Source of the DNA: the human T2T-CHM13v2.0 reference genome, Homo sapiens
Assembly (NCBI RefSeq): GCF_009914755.1
Contig: NC_060942.1
Length of the DNA stretch: 64,000 nt
Reading direction: 5' to 3' (one strand)
Shown: positions 18,994-38,552 of the stretch, piece after piece
How the letters are laid out: every line of letters starts with the position of its first letter
Position numbering within the stretch: position 1 is the stretch's first letter
The notes under the pieces: model-generated
The model's database searches: none
Told to the model about the DNA's origin: nothing
Seen by the model: the letters and a program-made list of their open reading frames with translations, nothing else
Made by a program: the position numbers and the translations under genes

Positions 18994-20107
18994 ACCAGTT
19001 TCTCTTTCATTACACACTACTATGAGGTGTTTGTCTCCCACTTCCATTGTCCAAGAAAAATTTTTATTGCTAAGATTCCAGAGTAATAAGTTGATAAGTA
19101 CACACATGCATATATACCCCCCTCTTATATACATATATTTAATACCAGGAATTAAATGTATAATGTGTATTTAAGAAAGTCATGTTAGTACTGCAGAAAG
19201 CATTAACGTGGTTTTTAAATGTCCAGTCACTTAGTGTGGTGGCTTCGAAATATGCCATATATTTAGTTGCTTATTTTTATTTGTGTGTTTAGGAATTTGT
19301 GGTAATCTCTAATGTATGTTTCACAGGGAACATTTTAGATGCCAAAGGGTAATTTATTTTTACGTTTTTACCTAAGTTTCAAGGAATTAAGTTTTAGGTT
19401 ACAATGTTAGGACAAATAACCAGGGAGAAACTTAAAGTACAATATAATTATAACAGGTAGGAGTTCAGAGACATTTTATCTTAAGCACATATCCCCTTAA
19501 TTTTTCTTTCTACTACAAATTTTTACCTTTAACAAATGAGCTATTTTCACAGAACATTTAAATTGGTATTTGCACCAACATTCTAAATCTGGAAAGATGG
19601 CATGCTGATGTACACACACAGGTCAGCAGTTTCAGAGGGAAAACATTGTTCTTGGAACTAGTGCTGTTTGTTTTTCCTTTATTGGCATTGGAACTCTTCA
19701 AGTTAGTTTTCAAAATATAGAGGAGAGGCAAACATCAGGGTAATTTTTGGTGGTGTTGATGGTTTCTTTCCTTATTATATGTGTCACTAATAACTATAAT
19801 ACATTGTTTATCTCTTTTATTAATAGTACTTCATTTATGTTAACTATATCTCTAGATGACTCAGATAGTCTTAATACTAAGATTATTGTTATTTGCAATA
19901 GAGAATGATTTTTCATAAAATATGGTAAGTTTCTTTGTAGAGTCAGTGAAGAAGACAACTTTTTGCTGATTTAAATTTAAGGAATATATTTTTTCCCCCA
20001 TGTCTTAATTTTATGTTTTTAATATGATAGCAAAGCTGTATGAACTTATTCACACTAAATTATAATGGTGTTTGAACATTTTACTGCCCTGGTAAATTCA
20101 AATTTAG

Positions 20108-20742
<635 letters not shown>

Positions 20743-20823
20743 TAGCTCTTATAAATGTGCCATTTATTTATCATTTATTAAGGATGTATAGGGAGGATCA
20801 TTGAAGGACCTAGAGTTTGTAAA

Positions 20824-21927
<1,104 letters not shown>

Positions 21928-22507
21928 TAAGGGATGATAGAGAGTTCTTTTATGGTGATATCCTGCCATGTTTAGAAAAAGAAATAGGAGAATGAAGTCA
22001 AAAGTAAAGTTTGATAGTAATAATTTGTATGTGTGTGTTTCCAGTAACTTTGTCCATGGTACTTGGAAAGTTTGTCACTTAAGTTCAACTAAAATGTCTT
22101 TATCTTAGACTATTTTAATTACTAGTTACTTATACCAACCAGTTTAAGAAAGAAGCCTGTGTTCTAGTAAGTACTTGCCAAATTGGTGACAATTAAAATA
22201 CACTTAAATTGTTTAATTCTATGTGTGGAAATTAGACAAATTATAAAATAACTACTTCATAAATAGAAATTTATTATAATGTTTCAATTGTTTGTTTATG
22301 GTTGGTGGTTATCGCTTCCATTAATAAAGGAAGTGGATCCAGATGGATCTTTCTGGCTTTTGCTGTTTGTAAGTAAATTGGTATAGAGAAACAAAACTAG
22401 CACAGCTAGAAGGTCCTAGCTGGTTCTAAAAATGGAATTACTTTTATAGGGCTAGCACTATAATTTCAGTAGAAGTTGGTATTTTAAATGACTTGATAAA
22501 TCATGTA

Positions 22508-24051
<1,544 letters not shown>

Positions 24052-24517
24052 TATAGAATTCTTAATGTGATTTTTATCATATATGATATGGAAATAGGAC
24101 AAAAAAAAGTATACCACCAGCGTTTTTGTTTTTCTTAACATTCTCCTTTGGATATTGAATTTTGCCATTGTGTGTTACTATTGTCCCCTGACAGTTTTAT
24201 AAAATTCTGTGTAATAGTTAAGCCTGTTTTTGTAAAGATACTGTGACTCATGGGAATAGCAGTATGGCCTTAACTTTTATCACCTTTGTTTTCTATATTT
24301 ATCTTGTGTGCTCTGCTTGGCTTTGCATTCTGAGAGGGCAGGAATCAAGTCCCCCTCAGAGGTCATTACTGTTGCTAGGTGAGCATTAAATAGATACTCC
24401 ATAAATGAACGCACTCTTGAGTGAATGGTGGGGGAAGTGCCTTTATTCATTCAATTTTATGTATTCTTCGCAAAAGGTATTTGTAGCAACTTCTTTGCAA
24501 AAGGTATTTGTAGCAAC

Positions 24518-24829
24518 TTTTTTTTTTTAATTTTGTTTTTTGAGATCAGAGTCTCACTCTATCCTCCCCCCGAGGTTGGAGTGCAGTGACACGATTTCAG
24601 CTCACTGCAACCTGTGCCTCCTGCGTTCAAGTGATTCTCCTGCCTCAGCCTCCTGAGTAGCTGGGATTACAGGTGCCCGCCACCACATCCGGCTAATTTT
24701 TGTATTTTTAGTAAAGACGGGGTTTCACCATGTTGGCCAGGCTGGTCTCGAACTCCTGACCTGAGATGATCTGCCTGCCTCAGCCTCCCAAAGTGCTGGG
24801 ATTACAGGTGTGAGCCACTGTGCCCGGCC
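24518..24829 (-). mobile_element. AluS
   Basis: TSD tgtagcaactttt. Confidence 0.92.
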
Positions 24830-27828
24830 TGTAGCAACTTTTAGAAGGAAGTGAGACTGGTAATTTATCATTGTATTTCTCTTTGGTTGAAAGTATGATA
24901 AAAGACAATATGCACAGTGAGATGATTCAGAAAACCTTACGTAGAAAAATGTAAGAGAGGATTTGAAGTTGGAAAAGGAGATACTAGTTTTAAAATGGAC
25001 CGTATGAAACTGGACTTCTAAAAAAAAATCTATGGTTTATTTTACCATTCTCTAAACTCACTTCACATTCTCTTGCCACTCATCTTGCAAGAATGTGCCC
25101 CAACTTTTACCTTTGACCACCTGCCGAACCCAGGCTCAACCTAGCGACTCCTACCCCACCCTTCAAAGTGTATTTGTAATGGCATTTTTTCCTTGAAGCT
25201 TTTAGTTACTTCTCAATTCCATGTGACCTTTTGCTCTTCTGAATTGTTCACTTTTTAAATATTTTTTGTACTTATCAATCCTTTTATAGTAAGCATCTAA
25301 AAATTTCTAAAATTGCCATCTACTGTAAAGTCCTTAATAAATACTCACTGAACTGAATTGTTGGTTTTCCCACCACCAAGGATAATCAAAATAATGTGAT
25401 CATAAAACTTTAGGAAGAGAACATTTAGAAATGCTTTGAGCAGCGGAACCATTTCTTGTATTTAGTATTCAAGGTGACTATTTTAAGGGGACATCAGTCA
25501 CTTAGAATGATTATTGATCAACCACATTGCATTATGTGGCACCTACATATCAGTTTCAAGGAACTCAGGCTTGTGTGATTGTGTCTTAGAGGCTGTGGTA
25601 TAAATTGAGTAAGTTTTCACCTGAAATAAGTAAAGATGACTTGGGTCAAGAGGGGAGTGAATTCAACACTTGGAGGAAAGACTTGATTTGAGCTCTGATT
25701 AGATGTGAAATTTGGTTTAGCTGAAAATGGAGAGATGGAGGGGCAGGTCCTCTCATGCGAGAAAGAGGGAAAGAGTGAATGGAGTTGGGCGTGCAAGGAT
25801 GTGGGCATAATAGAATGAAAGTATGAAGAAATGAGCGATGAGAAACTCCTAATTATGCATGGCATTTATCAAGTACCTCTCTTCTTAGAAAGCTCAAATT
25901 TCTACATTTTTGGTCCCCTTGGAGTAGAAAACAAATGACCTTATTTCCTATTCTGCTCTTCTGCTCTTTTGGGGATGTTGGCATTCCAGATGTAAAGTGA
26001 TTAATGTTAATTACTTATCATTACCAAAAGCCCACATTTCCAGGTTTTATTGAAAGATTTTAGTTTTTGTTTTTATACATAATTCATGAAGACTTCTTTT
26101 AATGGAAATAGTGATAATTCATTAGCATAGTGAAATAAAGAGTGGCATGCTAAAACATTTTTGCAGTTCATTTGATCGATTTAAACAGCAGCGCTTAGAA
26201 CAATTTCAGCTTCTTTGAAGACACTGCTGTATAAAAAACGTTAGAGGCAAGCCAGCTGCAGACTGCTGAAGAAAGAGTAAAGCCTATGTAAAAGAAAAAC
26301 AGCACAAATGCTGCTCAGGGTTAGAGATAACCTTGGGAAGGAATTTCCACTACCAGGGTTCCATGAGGCTTGCCAAATGTTAAAGGAATTTCATGGAATG
26401 TATGGAATGTCTTTTTGTCAGTTAACTGTTCCCAGAACTGGAAGTTCCTTTCTTATACAGCTTTGCTTTTCAGATGGAATTGTGATCCTCTTGGGAAGCT
26501 TTCCATTTCACAAGATTCCCATTTTCCTTCCCAGAGAATTTGAGCAAAGCAGAGCCGGCAGGTGGTGCTTGGGGCTCCGTGATTATATAGCCTTTGGTTC
26601 TCTTCTTGCCTAATGCTGCCGACCTAATTTATGGCAATGATGGCCCATTTTCTTATTCCCTCATATAGTACATTTTGAAGACGGAGCTCAGAAACAAAAT
26701 ATCAGCCAGGCTATATTAAATTAGTTTGCCCTATTGACTTTTTGGGATAGTTTAAGATGTTCTTTAACATTTATTCCCACTTAAATAGAAGGGAGAGAGG
26801 CTGGTATCTTCAAAAGCCTTGGCTTGATTCCAATTCAGTTATTGTATTCTGTCCACTTCCATTCTTTGAGCTCTGTGGAGCTCTTTGCCGTATTCTCTGA
26901 GCTTTAACTTAACTGCAAGAGTTTAATGCCAACACTGTATTTGTAGATATTTGCTATTCTGAGTGGTAATCAACTTTACTCTGCACAGCTCCTAGTGCAT
27001 AGTAATAAGTATAGAGTAAAAGGACCAAACTGATGCTTATTTTGTTGATGGTGAAGTGTCATCATAACTTGGGACTTGGGAACATAATTAACATCTTTGC
27101 TGATGACTTCTGAAATAATTCTTTGGTTGCCGGTATGAGAATGCTGATGGAGACCAATACTCCTCTCCTCCCTCTCTCTGCTACTTCATGTCAAATAAAC
27201 ACATCTAATTCTGGAGCTCATTCAGACAACACACGCATGTCAGTTTTGAAAACTAAGGACCCATGAAAATGTCTGTTTTTATTTAGTGGCTGTAATTTTG
27301 ATGTCACTCACCATGCTCTAAACTAATGGAGCTTTGAATGGGAGGAGTCACATTCCTCTTGTCATTTCTCTGGAGTGGTGAGGATGATGACACCAGAACT
27401 GGCAGGATATTTGACAGTGACCTCTGTAAAAGCAGGGCACACCCATTCCTCCCTGGTGATGTCTTTTGGACGTATAATTAATAAGAAAACCTTGGGGAAA
27501 GGCTGACTTTCTAAATAGCTGTTTTTTTCCCCTAATTTTAAACTTTGTCAGAATGCATATTTATACTCCTCATATTGTGTGTGTGTGTGTGTGTGTCTGG
27601 AAGTGCAACAAAGGGGAGATATTATCTGATACATGTGATAAATATGTGCATGTTCAGATGTACTATTTCATTCAATTCAAAGTTTTTCATAGGCAAATAC
27701 CAGTGTCTTCTTGACATGCTCTGTGATTAGACTTTAAGCATTCTTTACAACCACAGGGCTTCTTTCTCCTTAATAATTTGGTCTACTTAATGTTTCCCAA
27801 TTACCTTGTAGTTTTTGCTTTCCAAATC

Positions 27829-28650
<822 letters not shown>

Positions 28651-29905
28651 CATACCATACGATTCTTTTTAAATGGTCTGTCTTCCAGTCCCCCTCTGTC
28701 TATTGAACTCCTACTCATGTTCCTTAGGTAAAAGTTTTCACTTTTGTAAACACTCATGGTACTTCCTCCCCCCACCCCCCAATGCCGCCAGTAAGTTTTC
28801 AGTTTTCACCTTCTGCTTTATTTTATAAGAGCTTTGTTCTCAAATTGTTTCAAGTTCCTGGAGGGTGAAAACCATGTCTAAATCACATTTGTATACTTCC
28901 AGCACCTTTGTGCATAGTAAGAACTCAAGAAATGTTTAGTGAATAATGGTTCAACCCTAGCATCAGACTTTTATTATACCTAGGAAACTTTTGGGTGTTA
29001 GGGTTTTTTTTTTTTCCCCATTTAGCTGTGAGATATGCTTAGCCTATTTGTTATATGGTGTTTAGGCTACTGTCTAAGGACATTTTTATGACCTAATTAT
29101 TCTCACTGACTTTTGCTTATGCGCACTTTCTCATTTGTTTGGTAATCCAATATCCTTGATATAGATGCTATTTGGTTTTCCTTTTTATATATCTTTATGT
29201 GACTTGAGTGGGATTTTATCCAAGTATACTTGTGAATCTTCTCTCCTTTGGTTTGAGAAGAGGAGCAGAAATAGTGATCCATTTTCTGCCTTTTTAAGGA
29301 ATTTTTTTGTTTTGTTTTGTTATTGTAATATTTTTATTTGTCCTAGTGTGGCGGTTAATATTAAACATCTCTTGAATATCATTGGCAATTAATGGGCTAA
29401 CTATGGGCAGATATGTTGGTGAGAAAATGAAAAAAAAATGTAGTCATGGATAAATTGAGTAAAGAAACCATCTCAAAACAGATATGTTTAAGTGTAATGT
29501 GATAACATATTTCTTGGTTTTTGATTCTTATATTGCTAATTTATTAAAGAATCAAAATGACAAATTTATGCAGCTTATGACTCATTGTTTTCCTGAATTT
29601 AGTTAGTTCAGGCTTACTATAGATCTAGCGGCTGCTGTTTTCACGTAATTACCATCTTATGATCTAGAGTGGTTCTCTATGTAATTTACTTACTGGACTC
29701 ATGGAGCCTTCCACTGCGTACCTCCCTCTCCACCATAGGCAGGAGCTGTGCCTTATTTGTTATTGTATCCATAGGATTAACCCAGCCTAAGGTTTGGCAC
29801 ATAGTAACCAGTAAGTACCTCTTGTTTGAATTACTTTAATTATTATTTTTTTGTTTGTTTGTTTGAATTATTTTAAAAGAGGAATTAAGATGAGTTTTCT
29901 CTTTA

Positions 29906-30060
29906 GGGCTGGTTGTAGTAGTCCCATGTACTGTGGACACTGATGCGTGGGAATTGCTTGAGCCAAGAAGGTCAAGGCTGCAGTGAGCTATGATCACACC
30001 ACTGCACTCTAGCCTGGGTGACAGTGATACCTCATCACTTTAAAAAATAAATAATAAAGG
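29906..30060 (+). mobile_element. Alu monomer (FRAM/FLAM type)
   Basis: gcttgagccaagaaggtcaaggctgcagtgagctatgatcacaccactgcactc; flanking repeat ttttctctttaggg. Confidence 0.75.
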
Positions 30061-30882
30061 GTTTTTTTTAATTAAAGAATTTTTCTCTTTAGGGAATACT
30101 TTAATTTGCCTTTACAGCAAAATGTCCATGGAAATTATTGTCAACACTGAGAATTCTTTATTTCTTTGATTATTACTTTTGAAAAATTATGAGTTTTAGC
30201 TTTGGTAAATTTATTCTGATTTTCAACATCTGTAGCAGTTCTTAAAAAAATTATAAAATTCTTTCATGACTGTAAATTTTAATTTTTACCTAAGTAAAAT
30301 ATGCATGTGCTTATTTTTGTTTTCTAGTTATATGAAAAGGTGATATGTTTATTTTACTTGTACCAGGAGGCATTTATGGTGACTAGGATTCAGATAGGAT
30401 GATTTGTTTATTTTGGCTCAAGTGTTGACAAGCTGGTTGCGTGCCACATTAGCATCCGTGCACTGCTAAGCCTCCCAGATGATGGCAGGTGCTCACTGGG
30501 AACAAGGCTGGTGGACTCCTTGGCCCTTGGAACAGAAGGGCATACGTAAGTTCATGTGGATTCATTTTAGAAGTCATATAGGGACGACAGGAAAAGCACT
30601 GTACCAAGAAACTGAGAAGATGTGAGAGTTCAGTTACAGGCCAATGGAGTTTGGGGGTGTGGACAACAGTGTGAAAGCCAAAAGGAGTTGAGTCATGCCT
30701 TCTGAAGGGTGGGTGTTCCCAGCAATTCTGAAGCAGGCACAATGAGCCAAATGTTTCTCATGCCATTGCCACCACAGATGAGTCCGAAAGGAACATGGGG
30801 CAAAAGGTGTTCCTTCCTTTCCTCATCCAGGAAAGACAGCCTCTCTCATGCATTTTAGAAATTATTTGGCTTCCTTATGTAA

Positions 30883-31355
<473 letters not shown>

Positions 31356-31779
31356 ATTCACTTAACTATAGTTTCTAAAGAGCAAGTATATTCAATACAC
31401 ATTTTTAAAAGTACTTTGATACACTTCCCAAGATTATTTCTTCTAAAGATAAAAAAGAAAAGTTACTCTGTCAAACTTTAATGGTCTCAAAACCACAAGG
31501 TGTGCTCTTAAGAACAACAACATGTGCTTGGTTTTATAAATTCTTTTAGAAAAAAGTAAAGAGAAACATGAAGTAAGTGTAACTCATTTTACCCAAGCTT
31601 TTCTATTTTATTGGAAAAGCATTAAGCTTTCTCTTTTTGTTCTCCCTTCCCCTAGTATATAAAATTTATTTAAATTGAATGGATAAGGTTGATTTTATCT
31701 ATTTATGTATTTATTTATTTTTGAGAGAGCAAGACCACATCTTAAAAAAAAAAAAAAAAGAAAAAAAGAAAGGATGACT

Positions 31780-33235
31780 TATTTAATAAATGTTGGTAAC
31801 ATAGCTAGGTACCAGAAAGAAAATAGTTGGCCCTCCATCTAACATTTCTTGTAAAACATGTCAGGTGGAATTAGGATCCAAATGTAAAAAATAAAATATA
31901 TATACATGTTAGAAGGAAACATTAAGAGAACATCTGTACCACTTTGGGTGGAGTGAGAGGACCTTCTCAAGCAAAATTAAAAACAGGGATCCCATAAAGG
32001 AAGAGATTGCCAAATATGAGCAAATAAAAATTAAAAATTAGTGTGTGGCAAAAGTCACCATGAACAGAGTGGGAAACACCAGACAGCAGGCTGGGAGGGC
32101 GTGTTTGTAGCATTTGACAGTACACGGCAGGTGGTATTCAGGGAATGCCTGCAAACTAAGTGGCAGGTGAATAGTCCATTAGAAAAGTGGGCAAAGGATA
32201 TGAATGTGTATCTCAAAGAAGATTTGCAATTACCATTTTCTTCTTTGCAAAAAGCAGCTCAACTTTACTGCAAAATAAAAATTGAAATGACCTATGTAAT
32301 TTTTGCCCATTAGATTGGCAACAGTTGAAAAGATGCTAACATTAAATGCTAGCATGGGGAAAGGGACCCTCTCTTACATGACTGAATGGGAGTATGAATT
32401 TCTGTAACTTTTTTTTGTAGTTTTGTAGTACATATTTAAACTGTACATACTCTTGGGGCCATCAGTTATACTTTTAGAAGTATAGATTCACAGTCCCTTA
32501 TTAAAACTCTTGAGGACAATTGTGTTTTCAGATTAAATGGAGATAACATGGTGCATATACTGTACATTATGTAACACCTCCAGCAGGGTTTAAGAGAGCA
32601 CCCCATAAGTAGACACATTCATATTTCTAGAGAGATCAAATGAATATTCACATCAGTTCAGATCAGCTTTTGCCATCACATGAGTCAATTAAAAATCTTT
32701 GAATTTTCAGAGTCTCTTGGATTTCAGAATTAAGGATAAGGCCTATTAGGCACCAATAAGTACTGTAAAGTAAAATCATTAATACACAACCAGATACATC
32801 AGTGGATGTTTCTTGCAGAATTGTAACAGCAGAAAAACTGAGAGTACTCCTAATGTCAATCAGCGGAGGAATGGAATACATTATGGTTCATTTGTACTCT
32901 GTGTATTATGCAGCTGTCAAAAAGATTGAGTTAGGTTTTTATGTACTGACTCAATAAGATGATTTGTTTGTATTGGGTGAGTAAACAATTTGCAGAAAAA
33001 ATATATGTGGTATAATCTGATTCAAAAAAATGTGGAGGGGGCTATCTCCTATTTATGCAGCTGTAAGGAGGAAAAGCTTTGGAAGGATATAAACCAAACT
33101 ATTGACACTGCTTATCTCAGGAGGGTAGGATTTGAAATGAAGTGGGAGAGACTGTTAACTTTTTATGTGCTTCTATAGTTGGACTCACTTTGTTAAAATG
33201 AGCATTATTGTTTTGGTAATCAAATAAAATCTTTC
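31780..33235 (+). mobile_element. Degenerate old L1M ORF2/3' fragments with a Tigger4/MER46-like insert (~32490-32767)
   Basis: Decayed ORF2 motif NSPLEKWAKDMN at ~32170 and L1ME-like 3'UTR. Confidence 0.55.
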
Positions 33236-34176
33236 TCTTAAAAGAAAATACAGTGAGTCTTACAGAGCACTGACAGCCTGGCAACTCCCCACTAAGGCAG
33301 AGCCACTCAAAGCCATTAGGGATCCTGCTTTTCATAATTGATGCAAAGTAGGGGGCAGGCCCAGAGCGACGCTTACAAGTCCAGCCGTTGAGCAGCTCCT
33401 TCATTACTTAATACTGAAGCCTAATAATTTCCAAAGTGGGCTAGCATGTGCCCCACAGAGGAAAAAACAAGTTAAACACGGGCTGTTACTGTGAAACGGA
33501 AATTTATTTACCTAGGGAGTCTTTTTAATTGACCCATTTGTGGTGAATAATACTGATTTCTCTCTATTAGAATCATTGACTAAAACAGTATGGTTTTCTC
33601 TTCCTGGGTGTTACTTGTGACACCCATTTTGAGCACATTTAGAATAGGTTTAAAAGTACAACTACTTCCATCATACTGTTATTTTAGTCAAGTTTTCAAG
33701 TGTATATGTCCCTAGTTCCTGGAAGAAAAATTACTCAAGACTTAGATATATCTAAAGCTAATTAATATTATGTCTCCAAATAGTCATCATGCTGTTTATT
33801 TGGTTTTATTTCCTAAATATGTACAAGCATATATAGCCATTCCCTGTAACTCACATGCAAAAATAGCTTTGTACCTACATTTTTGAGTATAGATTGAATA
33901 AGTGTTAAGAAAATGAAAAAGATTAAGCACATCTTATGACAAAACAAGCCCAGAAGGAGGAAGTATGTGAGGATTGGTAACATTTGTGTATATTTGTTTC
34001 TTTCTTTCAACTTTGACACTGTAAAACATTGGCTTTTTTGTTTTCTTTCCTGCCCTTGGATAAAAATGGCTCCACTTCATTTTCTAATGAGCATTGACTC
34101 CCAACTAGTTTTTTAGAGGCCAGACTCAAATAAGCTTGTTGAACCGTGGTTTACTTGTTTTAAAAACCTTTATATT

Positions 34177-34486
<310 letters not shown>

Positions 34487-35068
34487 TTATATTTACCTAA
34501 TAAAGGTAGGGAAGTTGGATGCATGAATTTAGTGCATTTAAACTTTTCTGATTAAGAAACTAAACACTCTTTCCTTTTATAAATAATTTGCTTAAGTAGC
34601 TTGGAATATTACACCTCAAAATTTAGTAACTGGGGAAAAATTCCATTTAAAGCCAAGTGTAGACAGTGATACATTTACATGGTCTACTGTTGTCTAGATT
34701 ACAGGGGAAACTAAGAAAATACAGGGATGGAACTGATTGCTCTATTCTCTCAATAGCAGTTTGAAGTTGTGTGCTGTTCTGTCTCTGCCATTTATTAGTC
34801 ATGGCTGTGAAGCTGGAGAAAGGAAGGAAAAGGTAGGAACACTAGTAGATCACACCCCTAGATAGTTTAGCACATTTTGTGTATAAACGTACGGTGTCAT
34901 TATTACCGTACTTTCATTTTATAATGTAAATATAGTAGGAGGTGCAAATTAAAGCAGTGTTAGTAATTTAATAGTGATAGTATCAGCTTGATTCTACCAT
35001 CTCTTCCCTGTCCCCACTTTGACCTTCTGCCACTTGAGGGCCCCACCCTTGGCAAACAGTCATGCACA

Positions 35069-35370
35069 TTGTTTGTTTGTTTGTTTAATTTATTTATTTT
35101 AGAGACAGGGTCTTGCTCTGTGGCCCAGGCTGGAGCACAGTGGCACGATCACAGCTCATTATTGCCTCAAGCTCCTGGGCTCAAGTGATCCAACCGAGTA
35201 GCTAGGACTACAGGTGCACACCACCACACCCAACTAATTTAAATTTTTTTTAGTAGAGATGGGATCTTGCTATGTTGCCCACTCTGGTCTTGAGCTCCTG
35301 GCCTCAAGTGGTCCTCCTGCCTCAGCTTCCCAAAGTGCTGGGGTTACAGGTGTGAGTCATGGCACCAGCC
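35069..35370 (-). mobile_element. AluJ
   Basis: J-type diagnostics. Confidence 0.88.
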
Positions 35371-36188
35371 TTTGCACTTTGTTATAGGGCACTTAGGATA
35401 CCTAGTTTGAAGGAGACTTCAGGTTTGTTTGCAAACATACTACAAGTACAGTTTTCTGTCTCTGTAGATTATCAAGTATATTTAGTTGATTGTGCTTTTC
35501 TGTGACACTTGGTATCAGTAACTAAAAGCGTGCCTTTGGAGTAAGTCAGACCTGAGTGATGCTCATTGCTGTTTGCTAAATATAATACTGTGACTGAAAT
35601 AACTTCATTTTAATAATTAAGATTACTCTTGATTATGTGCTGCATAAATGTTAACTTCCTTTCTGTAGTGTGAACTCTGTATTGTAGGACAAATGAACAT
35701 GAGTTATATTTCTTTCTTTAAAACATACTGCTTGTCCTGGAAAATGAAGTCAGTCTTTTCAGGTTGTTGAGTAGTTTGGGAGCACTGAGCTGTGCTTGAA
35801 TTGGTTTGAAGGTAAATATAGTGTTCAGAATATTCACTGTCCTCCATTACTCATACTGCTACTCTTGGTAGGGGAAAATGAGAATGAAAAGATAGTGCTT
35901 TCCTGAGGCCATTCTTTGACCTGTGGCTTAGAATTATGAGTGATAGATATTTATTTATATTAAACTCTTTAATAAGGTTTAATAAAAGAGGAGGAGGAGA
36001 GATGAAAAGTAGTAATGACGTCGAAAGGCAGTAGATTCATAATTGCATGCAGTAGTCATACAGTTTCTCTGGGCCTGTTTTTTTTATCTATGAGCTTGGA
36101 AAATTAAAGAAAATGACTTCAAAGTCCCCTTCTAGTCTCATTTTTCAGTAGCACATGAGAAAAAAGAAAGATATATCCACTGCTTTAG

Positions 36189-36512
36189 TGCTTTAGTCTG
36201 TTTGGGCTGCTATATCAATTTACCTTAGAGTGGATAATTTATAAACAACAGAAATTTATTTCAGTTCTAGAGGCTGTGAAGTCCAGGATCAAGGCACCAG
36301 CAGGTTTGGTGTCTGGTGAGGACTCATTCTGTGCTTCAAGGATGCAGCTTTCCTCCTTTCGTCCTCACGTGGCTGAAGGGGCAAGGCAGCTCCCTTCAAT
36401 TTATTTTACAGGGACACTAATCCCAATTGTAAGGACAAACCCTCATGACCTAATTACCTCCTAAAGACCGTACCTCTTATCACATTGGGGATTAAGTTTC
36501 AACATGGGAATT
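36189..36512 (-). mobile_element. MaLR LTR (MSTD/MLT1A-like)
   Basis: ttagtctgtttgggctgctata...aacaacagaaatttattt...gaagtccaggatcaaggcaccagcag...cctcatgacctaattacctcc. Confidence 0.75.
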
Positions 36513-36831
<319 letters not shown>

Positions 36832-37083
36832 TAAAAGCCACAGGTTTCTTGTCATTTTAAAGCATCAAGTAGAATTGTCCCTGGCTATGATTATAAACCG
36901 ACCACTGTAGTTAGTACAATCATCATTAAAATATTTTTTAGTAATCTTAAAATCTGTGATGCTGTGATTCTCTTCCACTTATCTATGTTGAACAGCTATG
37001 AAGAAATATCTGTAGCCTCATTGAATGCAACGGTAGCACTGAAATATTAGTTTAAAATAGAATTATTTAAAATATTTCACAAA

Positions 37084-37084
<1 letters not shown>

Positions 37085-37126
<42 letters not shown>
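37085..37126. repeat. (TG)21 microsatellite
   Basis: Perfect dinucleotide run. Confidence 0.95.
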
Positions 37127-37131
<5 letters not shown>

Positions 37132-37195
37132 TTTTTTTTTCTTTTTAAAACCAGTCAATTTTATCTTGGAATCTGGGTCTGTGTGCATTTCATCA

Positions 37196-37672
<477 letters not shown>

Positions 37673-38097
37673 TCACCCTTTTGATCTCTTATCTCTCATA
37701 ACTTAAACATTGCTTCCAAGTATGTGTTTCACTCATTCCAAATACTCGAGGGAAGTGAATTCTCTGTGGACCTCCCCTCTATCTTTCTCTGAAACAGTAT
37801 TTGGATCTGCAAATGTCCTATAATCTGACTGCTTTCCACATCTAGAAAGGAAAAGTGGAACTCTGAGAAGGCTAAGGGTTAGTTACCACAACAGATGTGT
37901 TTTAATGTTGGTTGATACGTTCAGATCAAGAACTTAAGTTCTCAGAAACAATCCATGCTTTATTTGATAAGTATCTGCTGAATACCATGTCCTTCTCTGG
38001 GAAGAGTTTGGGGGATTGGCTGCACAGGGAGGAATGCAAAGGGGGTGGGGAATGTAGTGAGAAGGAGCAAGACTTTGAGGATACTTTTAAGTCAGAA

Positions 38098-38540
38098 TCA
38101 GCTCTTAAAATTTATAGGTCTAGGGTACGAGTATAAATGGAGAGCCACATACCATATATCTGAATATTTAAGTTATAACCAAGCTAAGAAACTGTTAAGT
38201 AAAATATGTTATCTCCCTCTACCTTGTCAAATATAAAATTAATGTCCTGGAAACACAGATTCCAATTTAGAATCCTCAGACTCCCTGGGATTCTGCACTG
38301 AATATGATAACATGGGCAGAGCTGGGCCAGGGACCCCACCTCTTCTCTTCCTTCCTCCAGCTCCATTCCTCACCGTACCAGGGGTGTGGACACTGCAGCC
38401 CATATGTCCAAGCTCTGCCCATGCTAGGGCACATGGGTGCACACACTGGTGGGAGGATGAACCCAGGGAAGAACCCACACAAGCTCTGGAGGCAAGGTTG
38501 GTGTGCAGGGTAAGGAATTCCAGTCTCCTGCTTACTCTTA
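38098..38540. mobile_element. MER115-like hAT-Tip100 fragment
   Basis: gagtataaatggagagccacataccatatatctgaatatttaagttataaccaagctaagaaactgttaa...aatttagaatcctcagactcc resembles the recalled consensus. Confidence 0.5.
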
Positions 38541-38552
38541 GTATGGAGAAGG

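Noticed and set aside
30450-30800. Possible cryptic exon or processed pseudogene (TAC|gtaagt donor-like site, TGAGTCA AP-1 motif)
   Set aside because: No good polypyrimidine acceptor and no recognisable protein similarity; single motifs are expected by chance.
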